Shown piece after piece: positions 12,133-24,052 of a stretch of 64,000 nucleotides of DNA. Each line of letters begins with the position of its first letter. The first letter of the stretch is position 1. The notes beneath the pieces are model-generated. The model saw nothing but the letters and a program-made list of their open reading frames with translations. It did not search any database and was not told where the DNA came from. The stretch comes from Podarcis vaucheri. Its lineage: Eukaryota. The stretch lies in assembly GCA_965113315.1 (NCBI GenBank), contig OZ220370.1. One strand, written 5' to 3'. The position numbers and the translations under genes were made by a program.

Positions 12133-13754
12133 GTAATGTATGCTTGTTGTCCTTCTCCAGCAAAGTTGGGAAATCCCAGCTCTGAGCTTAAGTTGACTTA
12201 AAGGCAGACCACTCAATGTCTTTCTATCCGGAAACAGGGTAGTTCCTGTAGAACACATTCTTTTTCCTGTTTTCTGTCTCCATCTAGTGCTGTGTCATTT
12301 AATAGCATGATTAAGAGCCCCACCTGTTTAACTCCTGTGCATGTGTTGTTTCCTTCCGACATTACATGGAGTTGGGTGGTTTGTTCTTTCTGCTCTGGGC
12401 CAGATCAATGTGGTCAGCTGTTGTTGGGTTGCATAGTCATTGCCTCTGAAGAATGATAGCTCCCAGTAAGTTTATGTTTTACGAAAAACCATACGTAAGG
12501 AAACAGTAATGCTGTGTAAATAATGGGTTGGATATGTATTGGGAGGCCTTTTGGCTTGGGTGCTTCTTCAAGACGCTAAAGGGAGATCACCTTCAACATT
12601 TCCTTGGGGGCCTAGCCTCTGATGTATGTCTGTTCGATATTCATCTATGATGGGGTGGAAATGTAAGACTTATTCCTTTTCCTTATGTGTATGGTGGAAT
12701 TGAACCTATTCTCTATGTAGCCAAACATGAGTAGGAGTAGGGGTAGGAGTAGGAGTAGCAGAAGAAGAGACATTAGAACAGCGCTCTGATGGCTTCTCAT
12801 TCAGACTAATTTGGTAGGGGGAAATGGCACTTTCTATGGAAGCAATGGCAGCAGCCTTCCAGGGAAGATGCTCTTCTATACAAAAGAGACTTCTGGGAAA
12901 GAGCCTGAGCATAGATGCCTTTCAGAAGGAGGCCTACACACAGGACCAGCCACCAGGTGTGCACCCCCAAATTAGTTTACCTGGAGGCCGCAGCAGGTGG
13001 AGGCAAGGATGGGCAGCAGCATGGGGGTGGTGAGGAGAGATGGTGCTCCCTTGCCCTGATGCTGAGAAATGCCGTTTTCATTTCCCCTCAGTGCTTCTGG
13101 GCCTCAATATAGCACCACTATGTTGAGGCCCTGGGACCGTTGGAGAAGGTGGCAGCTGTTGCCACTTGGTTTGGTGCTTCTGTTCCCAATGAAGGGCCCT
13201 GTGCTTGTTATTTTAAGTAATCGAGGGGGTTGCGGATATTGCTCTGGGGCCTATGCTTGTCAGAGGACCCAGACTTTGAGTTTTCATTGAAAAAATGTGA
13301 GAGCCTAGCCCTTCTAGAAATGAAGTTATCAAGCAAAATGTGTGAGTACCCTTCTAAGTGAGTGAGTGAGCCAGCCCAGCTATCCCCACCTTTTCAGTGT
13401 TTTTAGCAAATGAGTGACGTCTGAGCTGTGGTTGATGAGTAAGTGGTTTGGACACCAGGCTAAAGAATAACTGGTCTCTTAAAGAGCTGCCATTTCCCTC
13501 TTCCATCCAGTGCACTTTCTGCCCTGCTTGTTTCATTTTCTAGTCCTTGGAATTTCTGTTATTTAGCCAATCTGTTCTTTCTACAAAACAGGATGCATCT
13601 TTCCTGTGGTGAGTTGGTCTAAGATCAGGTACTCACTATAAGTTATTTTCTGTAAATATTATTACACAATAAGTGTGGGTAGATGTTAAAGAATACCCCA
13701 CCCTACAGCAAGTGCAAAATGTGAAAAGTATGCAAAGAGGCTTGGGCATTCTGT

Positions 13755-14180
13755 CATACCAACATTTCTCCAATGAAAATAGGGATGTCCCATTCCATAA
13801 TGATAATTTTACTATTTACCATATTTTTTGCTCTATAAGACTCACTTTTTCCCTCCTAAAAAGTAAGGGGAAATGTGTGTGCGTCTTATGGAGCGAATGC
13901 AGGCTGTGCAGCTATCCCAGAAGCCAGAACAGCAAGAGGGATTGCTTTTTTTACTGCGCAGCGATCCCTCTTGCTGTTCTGGCTTCTGAGATTCAAAATA
14001 TTTTGTTTCTTGTTTTCCTCCCCCAAAAACTAGGTGCATCTTGTGGTCTGGTGCGTCTTATAGAGCGAAAAATATGGTATATCCACACATCTTACTGAGT
14101 TGCCCCAGCCACTCTGGGCAGCTTCCAACATATATAAAAAACTTCCCTTCCCTATACAGGATTGCCTTCTGATGGCTTGC
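13755..14180 (+). repeat. Interspersed repeat copy hosting a nested MITE
   Basis: The flanks match the reverse complement of 45500-45738 once 13819-14077 is removed. Confidence 0.7.
13819..14077. mobile_element. Tc1/mariner-pogo-type MITE nested in an older repeat
   Basis: TIR CCATATTTTTTGCTCTATAAGAC ... GTCTTATAGAGCGAAAAATATGG with TA TSD. Confidence 0.85.
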
Positions 14181-17100
14181 AGGCTGCATAAAATTGAGGG
14201 GGCCCAGTCCCCTGCTTAATTGGAGGGGCTCAGCCCCCCCATGTTGACCCTGATCAGGTGGGAGATAGTAGAGATGCTACGATACTAAGATAATGTGTTC
14301 CCTGTTGAATGTCCAGGAAAACATAGGCAGCCCCATCATAGAGTTCATATCAAAAGTCAATAAGTGAAAAGATAATGCAATATGTTATTGTATGAAAGTG
14401 AATATTAACTAGAGATTTTGCCTGCAATCCAGAAAAGCTACTGTGTAGAGAGGAGAAGGAGGAGTAACAACAACAACAATAGCCAGGTTCTTTCTCACAG
14501 TGCCCACAAAGCACACCGGTCAACACCTACATAGGTAAGCTTTTTTTCTGACTCATCCACCAGCTGCACAAAGCTATTGTGCTTTAGGGTTTCTGAGTCT
14601 CAAGGTTTTACCTAAAGTTTCAGGCTTCAGCTTTCTTTTGGGAATCACAAGTGGCAGGCTACTTTCAGCTTGACTTAAATGTTGTTGTCTTGCACCCCAT
14701 CCCATTCTGTCCAACAGTCTTCCCCCCCAAAATACCAGGCATAGGCAAACTGCCCAGGAGGCATCAAATTCCCTTCATTCCCAGGCTCCTCTCATATTCT
14801 GATCACTGATAACATTAGGTAGCACTCGTGTGACACTCATTTTATCTTGTTATTGTGTAACAGCAGAAGGCTGGCAGTGAATATGTTAATTGCTGGAATT
14901 GTATGTACATGCTAGTTTCCTTTGAAATATTCATGAACATTTTCACTCTGAAGAGAGCACGTTGTGTGTCTTGTTTGTAAGATTTCCTCACAGAGGCCCA
15001 GTTCTCACCAAGATGGTTAATCTGTTTCTAGGCTGTACCATTTCAGATTGCAGATGAAACCCACATCTTTGAATGTTCCTGCGTACAAAGAATTCAGAGC
15101 TCTGTCAAAGCTAGATGTCAGGAAGATGGATCCTAACCGTGGGGTGGCTGGCATGGAGGAGCATACAGCCATCTTGAGTCCCCACCTGCAGTCTGAAGTG
15201 GTACAGCCCAGACTCAGGTGTACAACCTCATTGAGAACTGAGCCAGAAGCACAATTCCTATAATTCCTTGGGAATGATTGCTGCAGTGTAGATACATGCT
15301 CAGGGTGCATTCTGCTACACAATTAGATGCTATAGGCAGGATGTTGTTTTAGGGTACAGTGATAAACTGCGGCTTTATGTGGAGAGGGTGCTGGAAGAAG
15401 GACCAGGAAGCCCAGAGATTGCAAGAGTAAAGGAGAGGTTGCCAGAAAGCATCTGGCTCCAGGCCAGTTCTCACCCCTGATAGTTTATGAATAGCTTTCA
15501 GGGCCATCATTTCAGTAACTGGTTTTGAGTCTTTGTACCTGGTTAATTTGGCATTTAGTATTTGGCATCTGATATCCGAACATGTTTTAGAGCAATGTGG
15601 TACCTAACCTTTCGGTTGTGTGGGAAATATATATACACATTCTCAACAGTAATTGATATTTTGTATGTAGCTTCCTTTTATCTTATACCTTGAGTTTTAA
15701 ATTGTGCATCAACTTTTAATTAATTCATCATAGGTTTTTAATATGCTGTATTTTACTGCTTGGTTTGGTTTGTGAGCCACCCAGAAAACTGCTATAGGGC
15801 AGCCTTATAAATGTAATAATGATGATGATGATGATGTTAATTAATTGATAACTGATTAGTGATTTCATCTGTACTTTTAATTTGTTGTTGAGATTTAAAT
15901 TATTATTGTTTATTAGTACTATTTTGATGCCAAAAGGGTTGCATTGCTGTTATCAATTCATAATTAGGCTTTCTTAACTGCCATACGTGTTGCTTTGCTT
16001 GAAATGGTTGACATGTGAACCCTGAGATCCTTGGAAATTGTTTTAGCTACGTTTTCCTACCCAAAATTACATAGTCTGGGAGATTGTTAAGAAAATGACT
16101 ATGATCAGAAAAATAAGGCGGGCAAAAGAGACAGCGGAAGAGAGGTGTGTTTGTGTGTCCGTGTGTGTCCTGTCAATAGACATAAGCAATTCCAGCACAA
16201 TATGATGACCCTAAGCTGATGTACTCTTAAAGCTGCACCAGATCCCACACTTAATCTGTACAGGCAGAACCATTAGTTTCTTTAGTGTTTTTAACAAAAG
16301 TTAGAATGATGCACAGATGCTTTTCATTAGTAGGCCATCTGGCTCTAAAATATGCAAAACCAGGGCAGACTCTCACCAAATATAATCAGGGCTCCTTCAC
16401 ATATTACTGAAACAATGTGAACATTTAGTGTGTTCATTACATTTTCAGTTGAGGAGGCTGTACTTATTAAAATCATATGTGCTTGAAAATATGTTGCAAG
16501 AGGCCAGGACCTGCTGCGCTTTGTGCACGGAAATAAATGCAGGCGACAGCTTCATATGCTGTGGGTTTTACTGCCAAACACACTGGTCTTCTAGTTTGTA
16601 ACAAGCATCCCTGAATTATAGAACATTGAGATTGGAAAGAAGAAATCTCACTTTGAAAATTAAGATGAGCATATATGCAGCCAAAGCAACACAGGAGAAT
16701 CCAAGATCAGAAACTTTATCATCTAATCTAGAGCGATGCAAGAAAGTAACCATATTTGTTTTTCTGTAAAGATAATGGAAGACAAAGAGTGGAAAGAGCT
16801 GGCTAACATCACGCTGTCTAGCCATCTGCCACTGGATGAGATTTGACAGCAATAAACATACACAATCCCTGCCCAGAGACCCCACTCAAGATCTTATGGT
16901 GCCTTTCACAAATGAGTTTAGTGTAGGGGGATGGGAGCATGTAATGAAACTTACTGTATGTTGACCCCCAACATTTAAAATTTCCCTCTTGCTTTCTTGT
17001 CTACAATCTTGAACCTAGAAAATAGTCATCAACTGTCCAAAAAGTCTAAAGCAATCAAACTCAATCACATTTCAGATTTTGAAGTGAGATTTCAGTCTCC

Positions 17101-17749
17101 CCACTCCTCTCAAATCCTAATTACAAGGTTTCCCATTTCCATTGTTGAAATGTTTTCCTGTGCACCAAATATTTATTGTGATTTCATTAAACACAAGGGT
17201 TTAGAATACAGAATTTCTTTTCCATTCCATTAAGTTAAATGGCACAAGTGCGCATTAGGAACTGATTTGAATGCTTCTCATCAAATACTGTTTCCTGTGA
17301 AGTTTAGCACAGTGTCATGTAGTATAATTCATGTGTGTTAGTTAAACCAAGCCAAGTGGCTTTGCATCTTTCAAAGCCACTTAGCTTGGTATGGAGCGTT
17401 CGTAGCTCTGTGAACCAAGACTGTATATAACTAGTTAGAAATATTTGTACAGTATGTGTGCTATTTGCGACTAAATGGATTCTGAAAATAAATAGGATTG
17501 CAAAGTTGAAAGTTATGTGCAGGTGAATTCAAGAGAAGCAAGAGTGTATAAAGACATTGGTATTATCAAGATAAGAACATTCATTATAAAGAATAGTATC
17601 CTTAAGTTTTTTTAATGTGTATTCTCAGGCATTAGAAAAGGCAGAATCAGTAAGTCAAGGAATGTATTTGATATTGTGATTTTTGGTGTTGTAATATACA
17701 AATACAAACTTTTGAGCTGAAGAAAATTGCTCTTGATGTAGCCTGAGTC

Positions 17750-19160
17750 CAGAATCTCAAGGTACTTCCAACCTGCAGGAGTTTTGTGGGTGCTGCTAAT
17801 TGTTCTGCGCTCTCTGCCCAGGCACTGTGCCAATCCCTGACCATCACTAGTCCAAGTGGACTAGAAGGGTGAGTTTAGGTTACATAGAAATCATAGCAAA
17901 GAACGGGAAATTGCATCCCCAAACAACTGCTATATAATAGTTGATTAGTGAGATGATAACTGTGGAAATAGATTTTTACTTCTTTTAAGGAACCTGTAAA
18001 CTGTGAGTCCCTGTGTACATGTGAGTCAAGCTCCTTCATGGAGTCAAAATGGATGTAAGAAGATCCATGGAAATGTATCAGGCAGAAGTGGGAAATGCAG
18101 GTGTTGATGATTCCTACCATCTCCAGGGCCTGTGACACAGAGAGATATTTAGAATCAGAGAAATTAACATTCCTTGGTTAGTAGAACAAGTAGCAGTTCC
18201 ATCATCACTTACTTGTTAAGACTTTCTTGTCTGTTGATGTGAAGAGATCTGAACTTGCGTCTTTGAAAAACATTGCCCGGGAATTAAGGAAGTTGAGCAT
18301 TGCTTGGTCCTGAAAGCTCTATATTAGAGCAACACCTTACTTAGTATGGCAATTCCGTATATAGGGGGACTCCACCCAATGCAACTATACTCCAGCTGGG
18401 TCATATGTGACTATTGGGAAGTCACAGCTGTGGTGAAAAGGAGGCTTGCCTATAAAATAGAAGCTATAAGTTTAATGATAAAATGAGGTGGATGTCTTTG
18501 CCATGGAACATATGGTGGTGCACATTTTTTATGTCCCCAAATACCCAAAAGATTGTACCTTGGTCAAAACAAACTTTGTCCGTGCCAGAGAGCATGTCTC
18601 TGCACATAGCAAGCAGCTCACTCCAGAGGCAGTGGAGCAGCAGTGATTGCCAGTATTCCCAGATGCCATGGGCCGTGTTTCAAAACCAGGTTTTAGTCAC
18701 AAATACTCCTCTGGACAGTGAAGACCAATCTAGCTAACAGAATAACAAATGCAATACGAACAACCTGTGATCATTGCCCTATATTATCTGCACAGTACTC
18801 CTGGAGAAGAACCATCACCGTAAATACATTCTGTCTGTTTCATTTCTACTGTGAAATCTCACACACGGGAGGTGCCCAGCTTCTCATCCACACATGATGC
18901 CACTAGGAGCAAATCCAGGTGCTTCCAGTGCAAGCACATAAGACAGAGGACACCACTTTTTCAACAGCAGTGTACCTCATCTACCTCTTCACTGAAGTCT
19001 ACCATGACAACATTCAGAAGGCATTGTCTACCTTTAGGGGAGAGAAAATACTTCTATTCATAGATTTCTTTCATCTTTTCCAGGAAGTCCATGAATCTCC
19101 TTGACCTGACCCCTTCCCTAACTATTATCTTAGTTGTCTCCACTATGGAAGCTGTTTGTT
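17750..19160 (+). pseudogene. PCDHGC4: Decayed protocadherin gamma-C4-like variable exon (many deletions, frameshifts and stops)
   Basis: Collinear remnants in shifting frames: GVLWVLLIVL (signal, 17778), IEIIAKN, KEPVNCESLC (17987-18016), EDP/MEMYQAEV (to 18090), SSSIITYLL (18192), VDVKRSE, EHCLVLKAL (18295), EVDVFAMEH (18485), SVPES, FQNQVLVTNTPLDSEDQSS* (18678-18737), ATRS/EQIQVL..VQA (18899), IYLF..HDN (18979-19011), DLTPSLTIILVV (TM, 19103). These match human gC4 as recalled: KNPIDREALC, EGPLEMYRAEV, SNSISSYRL, LDVKKRSD, AMEQH, TLPES, FRNQFSLVTAGPLDREAKSSY, HATRSFDYEQTQTL. It lies directly after gC3. Confidence 0.8.
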
Positions 19161-19897
19161 GGGAACATCAGGGACCAGGTTCTTGCTCATAAAACTCTTT
19201 TTAACCTTGCTCCTCCTAACCTTTGACTCCAGAGGCTTAAAAATTTCCTTTGTGATGTCATGGTTTATTCTGTTTTGTGCACTGGCTGCAAAACTCCTGA
19301 AATTTAGGAAAGGGTATATGGAGAGACTCTTAGTATACTCCATTTGGAGAACAAAGGCCATAGTGGGAATGAGTTTTGAAGAGCTCTCCTGCATCGGTTA
19401 TTGAATGCCATTCATTTAAAGGAAATTCAGGCAGACAATCAATGGGTCTTTTAACGTGATCTTATATCCAGCAAATGGCAGTATATCACTTAATTGTGCA
19501 GCCACTGGTGTTTGTTGCATTCTGTTTTTTAAAAAATCTGCAAAATATGCAGTTTGCTGGTTTAGCTTATAACCCCAACCATTCCAAACAAAGAGTGTTC
19601 ATTATTGAATTTAAATGCTTGTGACATTCATTAATGAATTCAAAAGCTTGTAATGACATAGGATTTATTGTTCATATAATTATCTTGGGAAATCCAGTAA
19701 CTGACAGCTGGCGAATGGGCTCCCAGCTCTTCTTCAACATTTGCACTGGCGCTTTAAGACCTCCCCCACCCCATTGCTGGAGCTGGGGAGGGGGAGAATG
19801 GGTGGTCCATTGCAAACAGCCAGGCGCTTCCTTGATTCCAGGAGCCCTGTATCTGCTTTGATGGACAACAAAGCTCCTCCCCTCTTGATTCCGATAC

Positions 19898-19918
19898 GGA
19901 CTAGGCACCGCCGCTGTT
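19898..19918 (+). promoter_or_regulatory. CSE-like CGCT box upstream of the second intact C-type exon
   Basis: GGACTAGGCACCGCCGCTGTT, about 160 bp upstream of ATG 20073, shares CGCCGCTGTT with the gC3 CSE. Confidence 0.5.
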
Positions 19919-20072
19919 TTCTGTGGAAGAAAAACAGAGAAAAGATGCAGATGGTGCGCCGCTTTCTCATCCCTTGCGCGATCTAACCCGGGATTCTGTG
20001 TTGTTTCCTTGGCTGTGCTGGAATCAGAGAGGACAGAGGTCCAGCAAAGGAAGAGGAAATTTTGGCGACATT

Positions 20073-22523
20073 ATGCTGTCTCTGGAAGAAAGACTACTCC
20101 TGCCATGGCAAGTAAGAGCTTTGCTTTTGGTTTCTGTCTCTCTCCAGAGTGCTGGAGAGATGACCCAGCTCCGTTATTCGATTCCTGAGGAGTTAGCTCC
20201 TGGGGCCTTTGTTGGGGATGTGGCTAAAGACTTGGGTCTAGATGCTGCCCGGGTGGTCTCCCGACAGCTGCAGATCATGGCTGGCTCTGCTGAAAAGTAC
20301 TTCGAAGCCAAGGTGCCAAATGGTGTCTTGGTCGTGAAAGAACGGCTTGACCGAGAGCAGCTTTGTGGGCCCAGCTTACACTGCCTGCTCTATCTGGAGC
20401 TCCTACTTGCAAACCCAACAGCCTCCCATCGTGTGGAAGTTGAGCTCTTGGATGTGAATGACAACGACCCAGTTTTTCTTACCAGTCTCACCCATTTGGA
20501 GATAGCAGAGTCTGCAATGCCAGGGGCCCGCTTCCCCCTGGAAAGTGCTGAAGATTTGGACGTTGGCATGAATTCAGTCAGCACCTACCAGCTGAGTCCA
20601 CGTGGACAATTCAGCCTCAGTGTTAAGTCACATAAAGGCGGCAGCAAACCTGAGCTGGTGTTAGAGAAGGCGCTGGATAGAGAACAGCAGCAGCGCTACC
20701 CCCTGGTGCTTACAGCCCTGGATGGAGGAGTTCCTGCTAAATCCGGGACAGCAAAGATTCTCGTGTCAGTCATAGACGCCAATGACAATCCACCTGTCTT
20801 TAACCAGTCGGTGTACAAAGTTAGCCTACTAGAAAATGCCCCAGTGGGGGCCCTTGTGATACATTTACAAGCTACAGACAGTGATGAGGGGGCAAATGGG
20901 AAAGTTTCCTACTCCTTCAGCAGCCACACTCCACAGAAAATCCGGAAAATGTTCAGCCTTAATGAGGAGACTGGGGAGATAAGAGTCCTGGGAAGTGTGG
21001 ATTACGAAGATGACACATTGTATGAAATTGATGTGAGGGCCAAAGACCAAGGGTCACCTTCCATGGATGCACACTGCAACATCTTAATGGAGGTAGTGGA
21101 TCTGAATGACAATGAGCCTATCATTAGGTTCACTTCCCTCACCACCACCATACCAGAAGATGCTCCCCCAGGTACCACAGCAGGGCTCCTCAGAGTCAGT
21201 GATGCAGATTCTGGGGAAAATGGAGAAGTACAGCTTCATCTCCCTGCAGATGTCCCCTTCCAGCTTGTACCTTCCTTTAAGAACCACTACTCTTTGATCA
21301 CCAGTGGCCCCCTAGATCGGGAGGAAATCTCACAGTACAAAGTTATGATCACAGCTACGGATTCTGGTTCTCCGCCTCTCTCCAGTCAAAGAAACTTCCT
21401 TGTAAATATATCTGACCTGAACGATAACCCACCCCACTTCTCACAGCCTGCATATGAGACCCTCGTAACTGAGAACAATGCTCTGGGGCTGCCAATCATT
21501 TCTATATCTGCCTTTGACCCTGATCTGGGGCAGAACTCACACCTGTCTTATTCGTTAGTGGAGCATATCATAAATGGAATGCCCATTTCCTCCTATGTCT
21601 ATGTTATGGAGAACGGTACTATCTACAGTGGCTGCTCATTTGACTATGAGCAAACCCAGCAACTGGTCTTCCAGATTCAAGCTAAGGATAATGGTTCTCC
21701 TCCACTCTGTGCCAATGTGACTGTCTCCATCTTCATCATAGACCAGAATGATAATGCTCCTCTCGTTGTATACCCTGTAACCAAGAAGGGGGTCCTAGCC
21801 CAGCAGCCAGTTCCTTTTTCTGCACAAGGAGGTTACCTGGTAACCAAAGTCACAGCTGTGGATGCAGACTCTGGGCAGAACGCATGGGTTTCTTATAAGC
21901 TGCAGCAAGCCACAGACCCAAGCCTTTTCCAAGTCTCGGCGTTCACAGGAGAGATCCGAACCGTCCGAGCCCTCCTGGAACAAGACGCCCCTTCCCAAGA
22001 GTTGGTTGTTGAGATCTTGGACAATGGGAAACCACCTCTGTCTGCCACAGCCACTCTGATTCTTAATCTAGAGCATGAGCATGAGTTGGGCACAGCAGAC
22101 CTCAGAGAGTCCAGCATGGAACAAGAAGGGCTGTCTCACCTGACCTTGCAACTCATTATTGCTCTAATCACAATCTCAGGACTTTCTGCTCTGGCCTTTG
22201 TGTTTTTAGCTATGAAGTGTCTTAAAAGATTGAAAGGAAGACACTCAGAAGTGGGTTGGACCAGCGACCTGAAGGGTAGGAACTCTATTTCTGTGGGAGG
22301 ACACTTTGACACGTTCTCAGTACGCTTGAGCCAGGAGGAAAAAATGGAATTCCCTACAGCCTTCATTGGGGGAGATGTTGTTACTCCTTTTACCCTCCTA
22401 AGGCCTGGCCAGACCCACTTTTCAGAAGGGAGGAATTTCAGGATAGCTACACCAGTCACTCAGCAGGATATCAACAGCACAGGCACACTTCTGGCCTGCA
22501 GCCTTTCCCGAGAGCCAAACGAG
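20073..22523 (+). CDS. Protocadherin gamma C-type variable exon (817 aa), gC4/gC5-related paralog
   Basis: Intact signal peptide, six EC repeats and TM. Donor GAG|GTGAGG at 22523/22524, phase 0. EC5-TM motifs are gC4-like (FDYEQTQ, NAWVSY, DLRESS..EG.S.LTL), but EC1-EC4 lack the gC4-diagnostic residues. Confidence 0.9.
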
Positions 22524-24052
22524 GTGAGGCATGAAATACTGTTCTATAACTATGTCGTGTAGCACCCTGTGATTCTGTAACAATCTCCAGGGATAGAGGT
22601 CACAGATGCAATGGCAATGTCAGGCAGCCTTTGTGTTAAGGTGGTCAGTTTGTAAATTAAAAAGCATTTTGTTGGATTTGAGATTCTTCAAGGAGATAGG
22701 CTATTTTAGAAGAAGCTTGGGAAGATTAGCAGTTGTTCACCCTGTGGATATTTGGCAAGAAGTAATGCTTTTAAACTACTGGTACTTAGATTTAGGTTAA
22801 CAAGCAGCAAAAAGTTTCTAACCGAAAAATAAATCCAGCAGTTAAATGATTTTCCAGGGGAGGTTGTCAAATATTTGTTTTTCTGATGTTTTTGAAAGCT
22901 TGGTGGAAAGAGGGGAAAGAAAAAGTGCTGAGGATCATAAGTCGGGAGTGCATCACGAATGAGGCACCCCATCTTAAGAAAAATGGTCCACTCACTGAGT
23001 CCATCACAGTTCTGTGAATCTGCACTTGGGTGTCTCGTTATTGGAAAGTGCCTTAACACCACAGCTTAAAAACTACTTGGTATGTGGGTCCCTGACATTC
23101 AAAGCCACACCATGGTCTTTGGGTTACAATGGTTCTACTTAGAAATACTGCTGCATTGATTGTGGTGTTCTAATTTTGGAAAGGCCAATGAATAGAGCTG
23201 GGAGGCCTTAAGCAATTTTGAAGATTGTGCATTCTTCACTGTGTGGTGGAGGTTCCCATGTCTGCATTTGAAAATGAACATTCTGAAAGGGTCTGTTTTG
23301 CCTTGGTAATGACTAAGAGTTTTAAATGCATTTATTGAAGCTGCGTTGCAAAATGCTAAAGCACTTTCTGTGAGAGTTTCTCCCTATCTTTCGTCTTTTC
23401 GACTGTAACAAATACCTTTTTCACTGCAAGTGAAAAATCGGACCAGTTGTTTGCCAGAGAGACTATGGTTCTGTATCCCCTACAGCTGAGAGTTTGTCTT
23501 TTGTTCAGATGAGATGGAATGAATCTAGCTAATGTGAACAATGAGGATTTGTACCGTTCATGCTTCCCGGACGTGCTGTTTCCTTGAGAACAAGAATCTG
23601 AGCTGCTAAACTTAGCTGCCAAAACCAGTGGCAAACCAGCCTCTTGGTTACATTTAGGGTTGAGGTATGGGGGTGATCAGTCCTGGTCTCCCAACTTCAT
23701 GTGCTGCAGCAGCTTTAAGAGTGTAGGTGGACTTGTCACTGGTGGAAAGTGGATGGAGCTGTCATCTAGTCAGGTGCTGATCCAGATTTTGGGGGGAGGG
23801 GGGATCAGCTCTTTCTGCCTTGACTTTCCTCCTCCGTCGCTATGGCTGTAATTCAGCTTCCCTCCCCCAATCCACCCCCTCAACTCTCTGACTAACATTC
23901 TGTTGCTGCAGCTAGGCAAGCTCAAAAGCTACTTTAACTCATTTGGAAGGAAATACCGAGGGATTTGAAAAACAGCATTCATCCAGGTCCTGGAGCCTCC
24001 TTATCCCTGGGATATCACAAAGACTCCTTCTGGAAGGGGACTTTTTTCTGAA

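Noticed and set aside
19468-19481. CTCF-like CCAGCAAATGGCAG, and partial cores at 33451-33464 and 40072-40085
   Set aside because: Each mismatches highly conserved positions, and such matches are expected by chance in 64 kb.
20073-22523. Calling this exon PCDHGC4 by position between gC3 and gC5
   Set aside because: The gC4-diagnostic EC1-EC4 residues are found in the decayed exon at 17.75-19.16 kb and not here, so the symbol was withheld pending a tree.
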